Below are positions 11,559 to 23,301 of a stretch of 64,000 nucleotides of DNA, in pieces. How positions within the stretch are numbered: the stretch's first letter is position 1; each line of letters begins with the position of its first letter. The stretch spans positions 7,100,389 to 7,164,388 of the forward strand of contig CM121343.1 of NCBI GenBank assembly GCA_051530055.1, read 5' to 3'. The notes below the pieces were generated by a model that worked only from the letters and a program-made list of their open reading frames with translations, was not told where the DNA came from and made no database searches. The DNA comes from Neoechinorhynchus agilis (taxonomy: Eukaryota > Animalia > Acanthocephala). The translations under genes and the position numbers were made by a program.

Positions 11559-14500
11559 ATGGGTAATGGCAAAAGCATCGACATTGAGGCTAATCCTCCT
11601 CCAAAGATTCATCATTTGATTAATGATATTGATTCGTACCTTAGACCTTATGAGAAGGAAATCAAGAGAAGGTATGCTTGCTTTCTTCACGTTCTCGAAG
11701 ATATCAATGAGAATCATGGAGGCCTTGAGCTATTTAGCAGTGCATACGATCAATACGGCGTTCATGTCGTCCCGGAGACGAATGAGATCCGAGTGTTAGA
11801 ATGGCTCCCGTCCGCTAAGAGAGTTTTTATACGCGGTGATTTCAATGAGTGGCGCCAATTCGACCATGAGTTCAAAAGATTAGATTATGGGAAGTGGGAG
11901 ATTGAAATCGCCCCTCTCGCTGATGGATCTCCGGCTATTCCAGAAAATAGTCATTATAAGTTGCTTATTGAAACTTTGGATGGGAAATTGGTTGACAGAC
12001 TTTGTCCATGGAGCCGCTTAGTTGAACCACCGAAGGGATCAATCGTCTACGCGTCCCTAATGCAACCGCGATATCATTACAAGTTCGTGCATAAACGTCC
12101 AAAGTGGCTGTACGATTGCAACCGAAATGGGTCTGAAGATTTAAGAATATATGAAGCGCATATAGGAATAAGCTCATCTGAACAATGTGTTGCTTCTTAT
12201 GATCATTTTAGGCTAAACGTATTACCACGTATTGTTAAACAGGGCTATATACATCGTTGGTGATTCCAATATCCGGTTTGAAAATCCTTAACTCAAAAAT
12301 TATGACTCGGAATGTATTGTAAATCTCATCAGACTCTTTTCCAATGGTAACTACGAAACATCTTATCCTTCATTGCCTCAAAGTACGCATCAGCATTCCC
12401 TTTCTGAAGCGCTGATTCTCCGATGATAAAAATAGTTACTAACCATCTACAGTAAAAAAAAAGTCTGCGGTGCTAGTACCGGCGACACCAATTGTAGTAA
12501 TGGCAAGAGGTTTTTAAAATGTTGGGCGACAAATCGATGCAAATTTAAGTCTTTTCCGAAAATAGATTCTCCTACTTGGTTTCGTTCATTATATCGCTTA
12601 CTTTTCATTGTTAGTATATGGATTGATTTTAGCTTCTTAAAATCAGTATCTTTTACAGTAATAATTCTGCAAATCGATCTCCAATGATGTACTTACAGCG
12701 ATCCAGCTAATGGCTATCATGGAGCATGCCTACTACGCATCGTTTGGTTATCAAGTAACAAGCTTCTTTGCACCTTCATCCAGGTTTGGATCTCCCGACG
12801 ATCTACGCCGACTTATAGATGCCTGTCATGAAAAAGGAATCGTGATATTACTCGATCTTATTCACAGTCATGCCAGTAAAAATACTGTCGACGGCCTAAA
12901 CGAATTAGATGGCAGTGATACTTGCTACTTTCATAACTCGGCTAACAGAGGAACGCATGCATTATGGGACAGTCGTCTATTCAATTATTCTAACATTGAA
13001 ACGCTTCGTTTTCTTCTCTCAAATGTCCGGTATTGGCTCGATGAATTCGGTTTCGACGGATTTCGTTTCGACGGTGTTACGTCAATGATCTATCACTCAC
13101 ATGGAATCGATCATGCCTTCTCAGGAAATTACGATGAGTATTTTGGTATACGGACTGATACCGAATCAATAGTTTACAAAGATCAATAATCAATCGAGGA
13201 GACATTGTTTTTTATAATGTTAGAAATCCAAACAAATATTCCGGGGTGTAATTTATAACCTAGTTCTAAACTCAATTAGAAAGAAGAAAATGAGCGTAAA
13301 AATTCATTAATTTATCTTACGGAGAATTATATCGAATTTTTATAAGAACGCTAATCGGATTCATCAGGGTCTGATTCTGTGCGTTTCTGAGTGGGATATC
13401 AATCCAATTATTAATTGTATTGCTTTCCATCACAAAAGAACAGTGGATGGTAAGCCTAAGCCCTGGAGCGTGCTACTGAGATACGGTTGCTTGGCGGGAA
13501 ATCCGCACGGTCGATAGCAAAATTGGCAGTTGAGACGATGGTTAAGATTGACGGTTGCAGCGGTCGCCGACTCCCAGTCGTCCGTCGTATTGTAGCCTCT
13601 GCTGGTTCTGGATCACCGTTAAGGAATGCTCATTGTTCCTAACAGATCCGTTTGGCAACCATAGCGGTGAAGGGCTCACGAAATCCCTGCCGGCACAACT
13701 CTGCTGGGTAGTCCCCTACTTTAACGTTCCCGACTACAAAGTCATGGAGTTGTGAAATATTCTATTACTTGATGGTACTTAAATCTATGTTAAAAAATTA
13801 GTTTAAAATTTTTTTCTAGAACTTTTAAAACTATATAAAACATAAACTTTCGGTGAAAGATATTGCATCTAGACTCAAATTCGACTACAATGCAAAAGTA
13901 TAAGTTTCTGAATAAGATTATTGTTTAAGTCTTCAACCGGTAAGGAGTTTACTAAAGTCGTTTCGAACCTCGTCGTTTTCATCATCAGTTTGTTATTAAA
14001 GGCGCTCAAGATGGCGAATCAAGTGTTTCCTGTCCTTTAAAATTCCTAAACTATTATAGCTGTCTTTATGACCTAGTTGACTCCTGGATTATTGATCAAT
14101 ATTTAATGTTAGCAAACTATTTAATACATGAGCATTTACCAGGAGCGATAACGGTGGCCGAGGAAGTAAGCGGAATGCCTACTCTATGCCGGCCAATCGA
14201 TGAAGGTGGTGTAGGCTTTGACTACCGACTCGCTATGGCACTACCGGACTTATGGATTAAAATATTGAAGCATACTAGCGACGATGACTGGGACCTTGAC
14301 CATATCTGTTTTACATTAACGAACCGACGTCGTTCGGAGGCGAATATAGCCTATGCCGAATCTCACGATCAAGCTCTTGTTGGCGATAAAACGATTTCAT
14401 TTCACTTAATGGACGCCGCAATGTACACGAATATGTCTGTGCTGAGCGAGATGACGCCGATTATTGATAGAGGATTAGCTTTACACAAGATGATCAGACT

Positions 14501-15026
14501 TTTGACTTACGGACTGGGAGGGGAAGGATGGTTAAACTTTATTGGTAATGAATTCGGTCACCCCGAATGGTTAGATTTCCCTAGGGAAGGAAACAACAGC
14601 AGTTTTCTATATGCAAGGCGCCAATGGAATCTAGTGGATGACGACCTACTTAGATATAAATATCTGAATGCATTTGATAGCGCAATGAATGGAGCAGAAC
14701 AAAAGTTTAATTGGCTTAAAAACACGGAATATATCAGTCGGAAGCATGGAGATGATAAAATCATAGTATTCGAGCGAGGAACCAATGGACTTTTGTGGGT
14801 GTTTAATTTTCATGTAAGCAAAAGCTTCACGGATTACCGTGTAGGATGCAGTGTCCAGGGAACTTATAAGATTGTACTTGACTCAGATTCAGCCAAGTTC
14901 GGTGGTCATGGAAGAGTGGAACCTTCAACGGATTTTCCCTCGGGCTGTCCGTGGGATAACAGACAGCATTCCATTCAAATTTATATTCCATGTAGAACTG
15001 CTTTGCTTTTTGCCGTAACTAACTGA
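11559..15026 (+). CDS. GBE1: 1,4-alpha-glucan (glycogen) branching enzyme, 3 coding segments: 11559-12247, 12694-13176, 14102-15026
   Basis: GH13 motifs [81 protein letters not shown]; all segments are open. Confidence 0.95.
12248..12693 (+). other. GBE1 insert 1: non-canonical hairpin intron-like element (446 nt)
   Basis: TIR TACATCGTTGG (12250-12260) / CCAATGATGTA (12681-12691); removal gives KQGY-TAIQLM. Confidence 0.8.
13177..14101 (+). other. GBE1 insert 2: non-canonical hairpin intron-like element (925 nt)
   Basis: Perfect TIR GATCAATAATC (13181-13191) / GATTATTGATC (14087-14097); TA at 13175 and 14100; removal gives TESIVY-LMLAN. Confidence 0.85.
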
Positions 15027-15232
15027 AAGTACCTCGGACACCATTTTTATGCGGTCATAAAATAAATCCGTTTTTGGCACTCTTCTTGCAGCGATCGTAG
15101 AAATGACGCACAGGGAAAAATCAAATCGCGTCAAAATAAACTGCTGTGCAAATAAATATATATCTTAGAATACTGTAACGAAAATCGAAAATGTCGTCGT
15201 GCGCCATTGTATAAAAAAATCAATAAGTTATT

Positions 15233-15513
15233 ATTATTATTATCAAGGGCCTCATACACTAGTTGGTCTTGTGACATCTTCTTTTTGAGCCTCCCGGCTA
15301 TATTCCTTTTGGAGTCTTTTCGACTAACTTGCACACAACGGAGGCGCTCAGCCGCACTCGAAGGAACAGGGCCAACCCCCCTTGGGGCCGATGGGTGATC
15401 TCAAAACCTGACCCCACCCTTCCAGCAGCCTCGTACCACCGTGGAACCCAGCGACCGGTGGTGTTGAACCAGCGACATAACGAGCGCATTATGAACGCGC
15501 ACACCACACGGCC
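15233..15513 (-). mobile_element. tRNA-derived SINE inserted in the 5' LTR
   Basis: AGTTATT TSD (15226-15232, 15514-15520), (TAA)n tail, GGCCGTGTGGTG 5' end and GGTTCAACACC B-box-like motif. Confidence 0.75.
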
Positions 15514-17184
15514 AGTTATTCACACACACATATAATGCGCGCCTGCGTTCTTGATGGCTGTTTTGTTTGTCGAGTAATACCTTTCTAAAGGTCCTTTCAC
15601 CACCCGAAACGGGTCAAGCATTTCTCGGAACTCGTACATGACCTCAACAATTCGTCGTAGTTATCACTGAGTGAGACTGCCGTCAAATCATTCGAGGTCG
15701 TTAGGAAACAGATAATGGAATCTACGCTTTCCGCCATAGACTATAACCTCCCGTTCACGGTCGAAACCGACGCATCCTGCTATGCTATTGGAGGTGTTCT
15801 GACCCAAGCTGGACGTCCCGTCGCATTTTTTTCTCACACTCTCAACAAATCCGAAATACGATTTTCGTCCATAGAGAAGGAAGCCGTCGCAATAAGCGAA
15901 GAGACAAAATATTGGCGGCATTACTTATGCGGCAATCATTCATTTTTTCGAAATAATCACAAGAGCAAGATTAAAAGCGAAAACGTGGTGCGATGGCGAC
16001 TCAATCTCTCTTAACTCAAATACGAGATACAGTACCGTCCACGGGAGCTTAACCACGCAGCAGACGCCATGTCCAGAAACGTCTGTACACACGGTTTCGT
16101 GGAATCTCGAAAAGATGGAGCGATCCTCATGGATTTGCACAAATCATTGTGTCATCCTGGGATCACTCGCTATTCCACTTCGTGAAATCAAACAACCTTC
16201 CCTATTCTCATGAAGATGTCCGCGCTACGGTGAATTGTTGTCTGGCTTGCTCAAAGCTCAAGCCTCGATTCTATCGACCACCTACTACGAAACTAGTCCA
16301 AGCACGGAGACCGTTCGAACGAATCTCTATAGATTTCAACGGACACCTACCGACTAAGAATGAACGATCCTCCTTACTCACGGTGATTGACGAACACTCT
16401 CCGTTCATTCTGATAATGGAAGCTCTTTTGTCTCGACCGAATTCCGAAATTATCTGCCGAGCATCGGAGCAACGGGTAGCAATTCGTCGCCTTATCATCC
16501 CACGGGAAATAGCCAGGCCGAACGCTACGATGGGATTATCTGGAACGGTATTTTACTAACTCTAAAGGATAGAGATCTACCGACACGCGATTGGGAAAAC
16601 GTCTTACCTGATGTCCTTCAATCTACCCGAGGACTGCTTTGCACCGCAACTGGGGCTATTCCGCACGAGAGGATGTTTCGACATGAGCGTAGGTCTTTAC
16701 AAAAGTACCAGTTGACTGATTGGCTTTCTCCTGGACAAGTTTTTGTTCGCTAGCATGGGACAAGGGGCAAAAATCCTGCCTGGGAAGCGATCCTGGAAAG
16801 TGTGAACACAGAGACCGTCAGGGTAGTATTCGATGATGGAACTCGACGGACTCTATCCACAAGCGACGTTGCACGACATCCGCAAAGGGCTTTGAACGAA
16901 GACGGAGTCCACATCGAATCCGAAGAAACTACAAAAACAGAGGAAGTGTCGACTGGTGACAACGGCGTCCATACAGTGAAGGGAATGAGTTCGCCTTCGG
17001 AAGGACCTCCAGAGATCACAGCGTTACCACGTTGGAACAAGCGGTCAAAAAACCACTTGGACGGTTAAAAGATTACGACTGGGGAAGAATGTAACGAAAA
17101 TCGAAAATATCTTCGTGCGCCATTGTATAAAAAATCAATAAGTTATTCACACACACATACAATGCGCGCCTGCGTTTTTGATGG

Positions 17185-17599
17185 TCTTCAGGTTTTACGA
17201 ATACACCCCTTAGAATTAAAATATTGGGTCACACCTTTACTGCTAATATCTCGCCTAGATTAGATTTGAATAAAATGAAAAAAATGCTAACTTTAGCATC
17301 GAAAAAGACGAAGCGCGCCGTTACTCTCGGGTTAAACGCTAATCAATGCCAAACTATTTACAAAAGCTGGAGCATTCTTGGCCTGGTCTTTTTCTCTCGA
17401 GGTCGCCCCCCCCGGAACAAAAGGCTTTACTCATCAAAGCGTTTTGCGATAACCGTAATACCCTGTCTTTCTTCTGGGCCGGAGAATTGAGGATCTTCTG
17501 CAACAGTAGACTTATGAGATGGTCTAGTTGAACGATACTGATTAGTTGTTTTGGTTTTTTCTCTCATACTGCCACATGATGAATAAATCTGTATTATTA
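17185..17599 (+). mobile_element. Retroposed insertion in the 3' LTR
   Basis: TTTTGATGG TSD (17176-17184, 17600-17608), AATAAA followed by (TAT)n tail; absent from the 5' LTR. Confidence 0.75.
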
Positions 17600-18317
17600 T
17601 TTTGATGGCTGTTTTGTTTGTCGAGTAAAACCTTTCCAAAGGTCACTGATAGACGATTACGACAAATACTAGCATCCAAACTCACATGAAATTCTAGTTC
17701 ATAAATTTAACATCTTTTTGAGATTTCTTAGGTTATTTGTAATTTTTTTTCAAAGTTTCATTGTTTTAATCAAAACATAATAAAGTACAAAACGTGCTGT
17801 GATAATTATCCAATACTGCATAACCAGGGCGCGCGTCTGACGCATCTAATTATGGTCGCCGTGTGCGTCACAACCACTCGATTATATATAGACTAGCGTT
17901 CGTATTGTTTGACAGTTAGTCGAATGTATTCTTGAAAACCCTGTCGAGACTACTCTTTGAGTGGATTTCCTCAGCAGACTGGGCAAACAAATCCATGCAG
18001 TGGATCGGATTGTGACCTCAAATAAAAAACAAAAAAAACGGATACTTAACTATAGAATGTTGCTTTGGTTATTCAGCGACAGCGGTCGATCCATGGTTTG
18101 CCTTTGACGAATAAAAAAAATTTTAGTTGGTTTACGTGCAATAAAACGCAGTTAGTGTTATCACAGTTTATTGTACGCAAATCTATCGGTTTCGAATCAT
18201 GAATTTTCCAAGTACTCCTGAAGGGCATTCAACTCCTGACAAATCTTTAACCATGCTAACGGGATTCGTCAAACAAAGTTGGAAGATTGAGAGATTCAAT
18301 GTCCTTCCAAAAGATCC

Positions 18318-18778
18318 TTAAACGCCTGCCCGCCATTCTTCCCCTAATTCGACTATCCCCGATTGGGCCATTCGTTTCATCATCCCGGAACTTATCGATC
18401 CTCTAACGCACATAACGAACCTTAGCTTTCTATTGGGCTCTTTCCCATCGCGTCTTAAGGAAGCCCAGGTCGTCCCCCTCCCCAAAACCAATAAACGGAT
18501 TTCGTCCACATCCTTTTGTCCCATCTCTATCCTCTCACCTTTCTCTAAAATCTTTGAAAAATGTTTTAAAACCCGCCTACTTCCCTTCTTCCTCAAAAAC
18601 ATCTCCCCTTCCCAATTCGCTTTCCGTCCCAGTTACTCTTGTTCTGATGCCCTCCTCTGCATCGATACGCTTGTGCGCAGCTTAGATTCCAATCCAGAAT
18701 CAATCGTCCGTCTCGTGCAACTGGATATTTCCAGGGCGTTTGAGTCGGTAGATCTTTCCCTTCTAAGGAGCGTGTCAT
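18318..18778 (+). mobile_element. LINE RT fragment
   Basis: FCPISILSPFSKIFEK, SQFAFRPSYS, QLDISRAFESVD. Confidence 0.85.
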
Positions 18779-19712
18779 AAACTCAGAGTAGGGCATCGGT
18801 TGCAGAAAATTTGGGCCGGAAGCCGAATTGTAGGGGCGATAACTTGCCATTGAGAATGGAAAGAAGGCGGGGTTTAAAACATTTTTCGATGATTTTGGAA
18901 AGTGCGGGTAGAATGTATATTGGACGGAATGATTCGGTTTAATCGGATGTCCATGTTTTGGCATAAAGATAATTAGAGTTTTTTAGGCATGAGGGGCAGA
19001 TGCCATATAAAAAGCTGCGATTAATAATGAGGGTGAGAGGGTCAACGAGCTCGGGGATGATGCAGCGAAGAGCCTAAATTGGGATTTCGGATTGAAAGGA
19101 CGAATATCGTGGTAATTTCTTGAGATACTGTAGTACTTCATATGATAAAACAAAGGGGAGTATCGGCGAGTTGACAAAAGCTTAAGATGTCGGCCTTAAA
19201 GATTGTGTAGTGTCTAATGTGGAGCAGTGATTGTAAATTGGGTTTGGGCAGAGGTTCTGATTAATGGAATCTAGAACCTGTTTTAATTCAGTGGAGGACA
19301 ATTGAGGGAAGGAATGAGGGTGGCGTAGACCAAGAGAGTCGTTGACGGCCCGTCACCATGTTGAATTGCCGCCCGAACGAATTTTAGAGGAAGAAGTTTT
19401 TTCGGCCAACAAGCATTTTGTTAGATAGTGCTTGTTGTAAATGGGGATAGTCAGGAGATTGATTGAGAAAGGCAGTAGATGATTAATTTTGAAGGCGTTT
19501 AAAGATGGGGCTATCCATGATGGGTCGCGGTTGGAGATGCTAATGAATTTCTTGAAAATTGCCGAAGCTAGGGAATTTTTTATGATTGAGGTTAGGGAGG
19601 ACATGGCCAAGGAAGGGTCGTTTGTGTTGTGAAAGTGGAATGTGCGGATATTAGAGTTGAACAATTTCATAAAATTTAGGATGTGATGATCACTTTTATC
19701 CAAGACGGGTAA
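18779..19712 (-). mobile_element. LINE fragment (APE end, linker, RT start) facing the previous copy
   Basis: LDKSDHHIL; about 18800-19700 is homologous to 1080-1700. Confidence 0.8.
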
Positions 19713-19714
19713 TT

Positions 19715-19844
19715 TGGCGAGAACATTGAAGGAATTTATTAAATCCGATATTTCGAAGGCACCATATCGTGCCTTTATCAAGGTTGCCTGTTAGTTTTGA
19801 AGCCGAAATATCGGATTCAATAAATTCATTCAATTTTTTCGCTA
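19715..19844. mobile_element. Short foldback copy of the MITE/satellite family
   Basis: TGGCGAGAACATTGAAGGAATTTATTAAATCCGATATTTCG ... CCGAAATATCGGATTCAATAAATTCATTCAATTTTTTCGCTA. Confidence 0.7.
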
Positions 19845-20039
19845 CAAAAAAACATTTCTTAGGTTGCAATTTCCGCCATTAAAGCTTGGGAATCAAGAAT
19901 GTCAAGAACTATTAAACCCACGAACTGTTGTTCATATTTTTTAATCATTCTAAGTGCATTGTACGTTTTCGTAGCACCGTGGGGTTTGAATATCGATATG
20001 AAATAGTTAATGCTTTAGTCTGACAAAGATAGCAGCAAT

Positions 20040-20150
20040 ATTTGAATTCCGGATGACTCTACCGTCGTTCATCGACGACAGCAATGAGATGTCGATATCA
20101 TAAGTCTTAGGGACACTGCGATCCTTACTGTTTCGTCGGAGAGAAGCGAC
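20040..20150 (-). mobile_element. Penelope-family fragment
   Basis: Homologous to 38535-38640 (LRRNSKDRSVP vs LRRNSKDHSVP). Confidence 0.55.
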
Positions 20151-20388
20151 TGAGAAAACGTTCAGCCGAGAACCCGATTCCCAGCTACGATAATCTGAAA
20201 TTAAAGAGTTATCAAGTCTCGCCATCACAAGTCGCCTCTCGTGAGCCATGAAAACACGTAAAAGCTGAAATGTCTGCGCTCCGGATTCTTCCGTACCACC
20301 TCATTCACAGCTTATAAAGCTTTCTTTCTGATGCGCATGCATTTATGCGCAAGATTAAAAGTTTTAAAAGTTGCGCGTTTGAGGGAAA

Positions 20389-23236
20389 ATGCAGTTTCTT
20401 AGACACTTGGTTCTTAGTCGTCATTGTTTTTTCAATATTGATAGACATTTGTACATTTCTCATAGAAATTTGTATTTGAACGAAAAGAGCAGCGTTGATG
20501 GATGCAGTGACGTTAAAAGTGGAAAGATCATGCGATCGATGATGTCGGTGGTTTGGCCCAAGTCTCGACCGCGGGTCAAGCTTCGTGTCGTCAGCGCTCT
20601 TGGTTTATTGGTTGTGTCAAAGATAGCGAATGTTGGTGTCCCGTTTCTTTTTAAATACGTCATTGACTCCATCGAGAACCCCGTACTGTTGGGCAGTTGT
20701 GTCGCTTCGGTCTCAACAACGTCGCTCATTATCGCGTACGGAGCTTCGAAGGCGAGTGCGTCGATGTTTAGTGAGTTACGAAATGCCATATTCGCATCAG
20801 TGACTCAGCAGTCAATCCGAGAAATAGCTGGCGATTTGCTCAATCATTTACATCATTTGGATTTGAGTTTCCATCATAAACGACAAACCGGTGCTTTAAT
20901 GAAAGCCGTCGATCGAGGTACTCGTGCCATTAGTTTTGTTCTAAACGCCTTAGTGTTCAATATTGTTCCATTGGTCTTTGAACTTTGTCTTGTCAGTTAT
21001 ATACTCATGCACAGCTACGGGGCAAGCTATGCGATTGTCGCTCTGAGTACCGTTGGCGCGTACTCACTGTTCACTTTTTTTATAACTCAATGGCGAACGC
21101 AATTCAGGATCGAAATGAACAAAGCGGATAATGTCGCCGGAAATCTAGCCGTTGACTCACTTCTTAACTTTGAAACTGTCAAATTGTTTAACAATGAAGC
21201 CTATGAAACTCACCGGTATGATTTACAGTTAAAGAGGTATCAAAAAGCATCTTTAAAAACTCAGACGAGTTTAGCTTTGTTGAATTTCGGACAAAATCTG
21301 ATTTTCAGCGTAGGCATCGCTTCTATTATGCTCTTAAGTGCTAATGGATTGAACGAAGGAGTAATGAGTATTGGCGATATGGTAGCGGTTAATGGTCTTT
21401 TAATCCAACTATCCTTTCCTCTGAACTTTCTAGGCACTGTTTATAGAGAGGTTAGACAGTCCATGATTGACATGGACGCAATGTTTAAATTGCTTGAAAT
21501 TAAACCATCGGTCAGCGATCGATTTGATGCTCTACCTTTAATACTTACCAAAAGCGATGGTACTAATGAAGTTAATGAAGCAGCGTCTATTTTGTTCGAT
21601 GACGTCTCCTTCCGATACGATGATTCCGATATGGATGTGTTGAAGAACTTATCCTTCGAAATTAAACCCCAGTCTAAGGTCGCATTTGTGGGACCTACGG
21701 GTTGCGGAAAATCAACGATTATAAAACTCCTGTTCCGATTCTATGACCCTACGGCAGGCCAAATCTACATTAACGGTCAGAATATTCGTAAAGTTACTTT
21801 GGATAGTCTAAGAAAGTGCATTAGTATTGTCCCTCAAGACTGCGTTCTCCTTCACGATACTGTTTAAAAATTAGCTTCGATCAGAATGGACCCTTCCCGA
21901 TTGTGTTGACATCCTTCCAGATCCTCAAATCGAACTGAATAATATTTTGGCTTCATTTAGATCACACGCTATAAAAAATTGAATGAAACATTGAAACGTC
22001 GTTTATCCGAACCGTTCGTATACGATACTGCTTCTTTTTTTCGCTACAAGGTCCTTGATTCCCTTGAGCAAAATCAATTGACTAGGACAATATTATCATC
22101 GGGATAATTCACGTTTCGGATAATCGACGTTCCATTGTAATTCATTTTTGACCGGCAAAAGGGCAACATTTCATGCGCATGTCGCGTTTGGATGGCATAG
22201 TGCTGTTGAACGACAGCGATCAAATCATACCGGAAATTGTAACGATTTAACTAGTAAAATGACATTAATTATCGAGAGAAATCCTTCGGGATGATAAAGT
22301 TCGAGTTGTGGTGATCATGATCCCCCTTGATAAAACCCCAAAAATGATATTTTCTTCCAAAAATCGAGGATCATCCTTCCTTCTAATTTTCAGACGAGGA
22401 AAGTTCCAAAGGGAAACTTCTTACACTTTGTATCGCTTTCTTCGCAATACTCTTCAAAAGTCACAAATATCCCCATTGAGTTTAAGAAATTTGTTGATTT
22501 CAACACATTTACTCTTTTCAGATCTCGTTTTCGCGATGAATGAAGTGACATGGGATAAAAAAACCGGTACTACATTTTTCTACCACATTGTTAATTTATT
22601 CACGAATAACGAGAATGTTTTGATTTCTTTATTAGCGTGCCAGGGTACTCGCCGCAGAAGATTGTCAATTGAAGCAAAGTTCATATTTGTTTTAAATTGT
22701 CAATTGTGCTCAAGTGTTAGCTGAGTTTTCTCTGATTGCATTTAAGATAATTGGACTTTTACCTGATCGAATCTAGGTATGCCAATATCAAATATGGTGA
22801 TTTGACCGCAGACGACGAGCAAGTATACGAGGCGGCTCGAGCGGCTGCCATCCACCACAAGATAAATAATATGTCTAAAGGCTATGAAACACTGGTAGGC
22901 GAAAGAGGGTTGAAATTGGCTGGTGGTGAAAAGCAGCGAATTGCGATAGCTCGTGCATTGTTGAAAGATGCTCCTATATTTATTTATGATGAAGCCACGT
23001 CCAACCTAGACGCATGGACTGAAAGTCTAATCGTTAGAGCACTAAGAAAGATATCAGCTAGCATTGATCGACCACGGACTTCTATTTTTATTGCTCATCG
23101 GTTATCCACGGTTACGGATTGCGACAATATCTACGTGATGGGTGAGGGTCGAATCGCTGACAGTGGACTTCATGAAGATTTACTTAGAAAAAACGAATCA
23201 TTCTATAAACGAATGTGGGAAACCCAAAAACAATAA
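20389..23236 (+). CDS. ABCB7: Mitochondrial ABC transporter ABCB7/ATM1, 2 coding segments: 20389-21866, 22780-23236
   Basis: RQTG...DRGTR, WRTQFR, DSLLNFETVK, Walker A GPTGCGKST, Q-loop VPQD, signature LAGGEKQR, Walker B FIYDEATS. Confidence 0.93.
21867..22779 (+). other. ABCB7 insert: non-canonical hairpin intron-like element (913 nt)
   Basis: TIR TTAGCTTCGATCAG (21871-21884) / CTGATCGAATCTAG (22763-22776); TA at 21865 and 22778; removal gives HDTV-YANIKYG. Confidence 0.88.
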
Positions 23237-23301
23237 GCGTTTAGTTCATTGAATTTTTACATTGATTAGAGTCTTTGTTTGTTTATCCTAAAATTTTAGA
23301 C

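Larger units (their letters stand above)
15174..17664 (+). mobile_element. Internally deleted Ty3/gypsy LTR retrotransposon
   Basis: TG...CA ends, AATAC TSD (15169-15173, 17665-17669), LTRs starting 15174 and 17090, PPT GGGGAAGAA, RNase H (ETDASCYAIGGVL) followed by integrase (RPFERISIDF). Confidence 0.92.

Noticed and set aside
12240-12700. Bulge-helix-bulge (tRNA-endonuclease) or IRE1/XBP1-type splice signals at insert borders
   Set aside because: No consistent exon-exon helix, and no CNG-CNG loop motif at the junctions on inspection.
20007-20249. Small divergent gene upstream of ABCB7
   Set aside because: Its core is homologous to the Penelope sequence at 38535-38640, so it is most likely an element remnant.
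22308-22724. 138-aa ORF inside the ABCB7 insert as a maturase or transposase
   Set aside because: GTG start, no recognisable motif, and disrupted differently in the duplicated copies.
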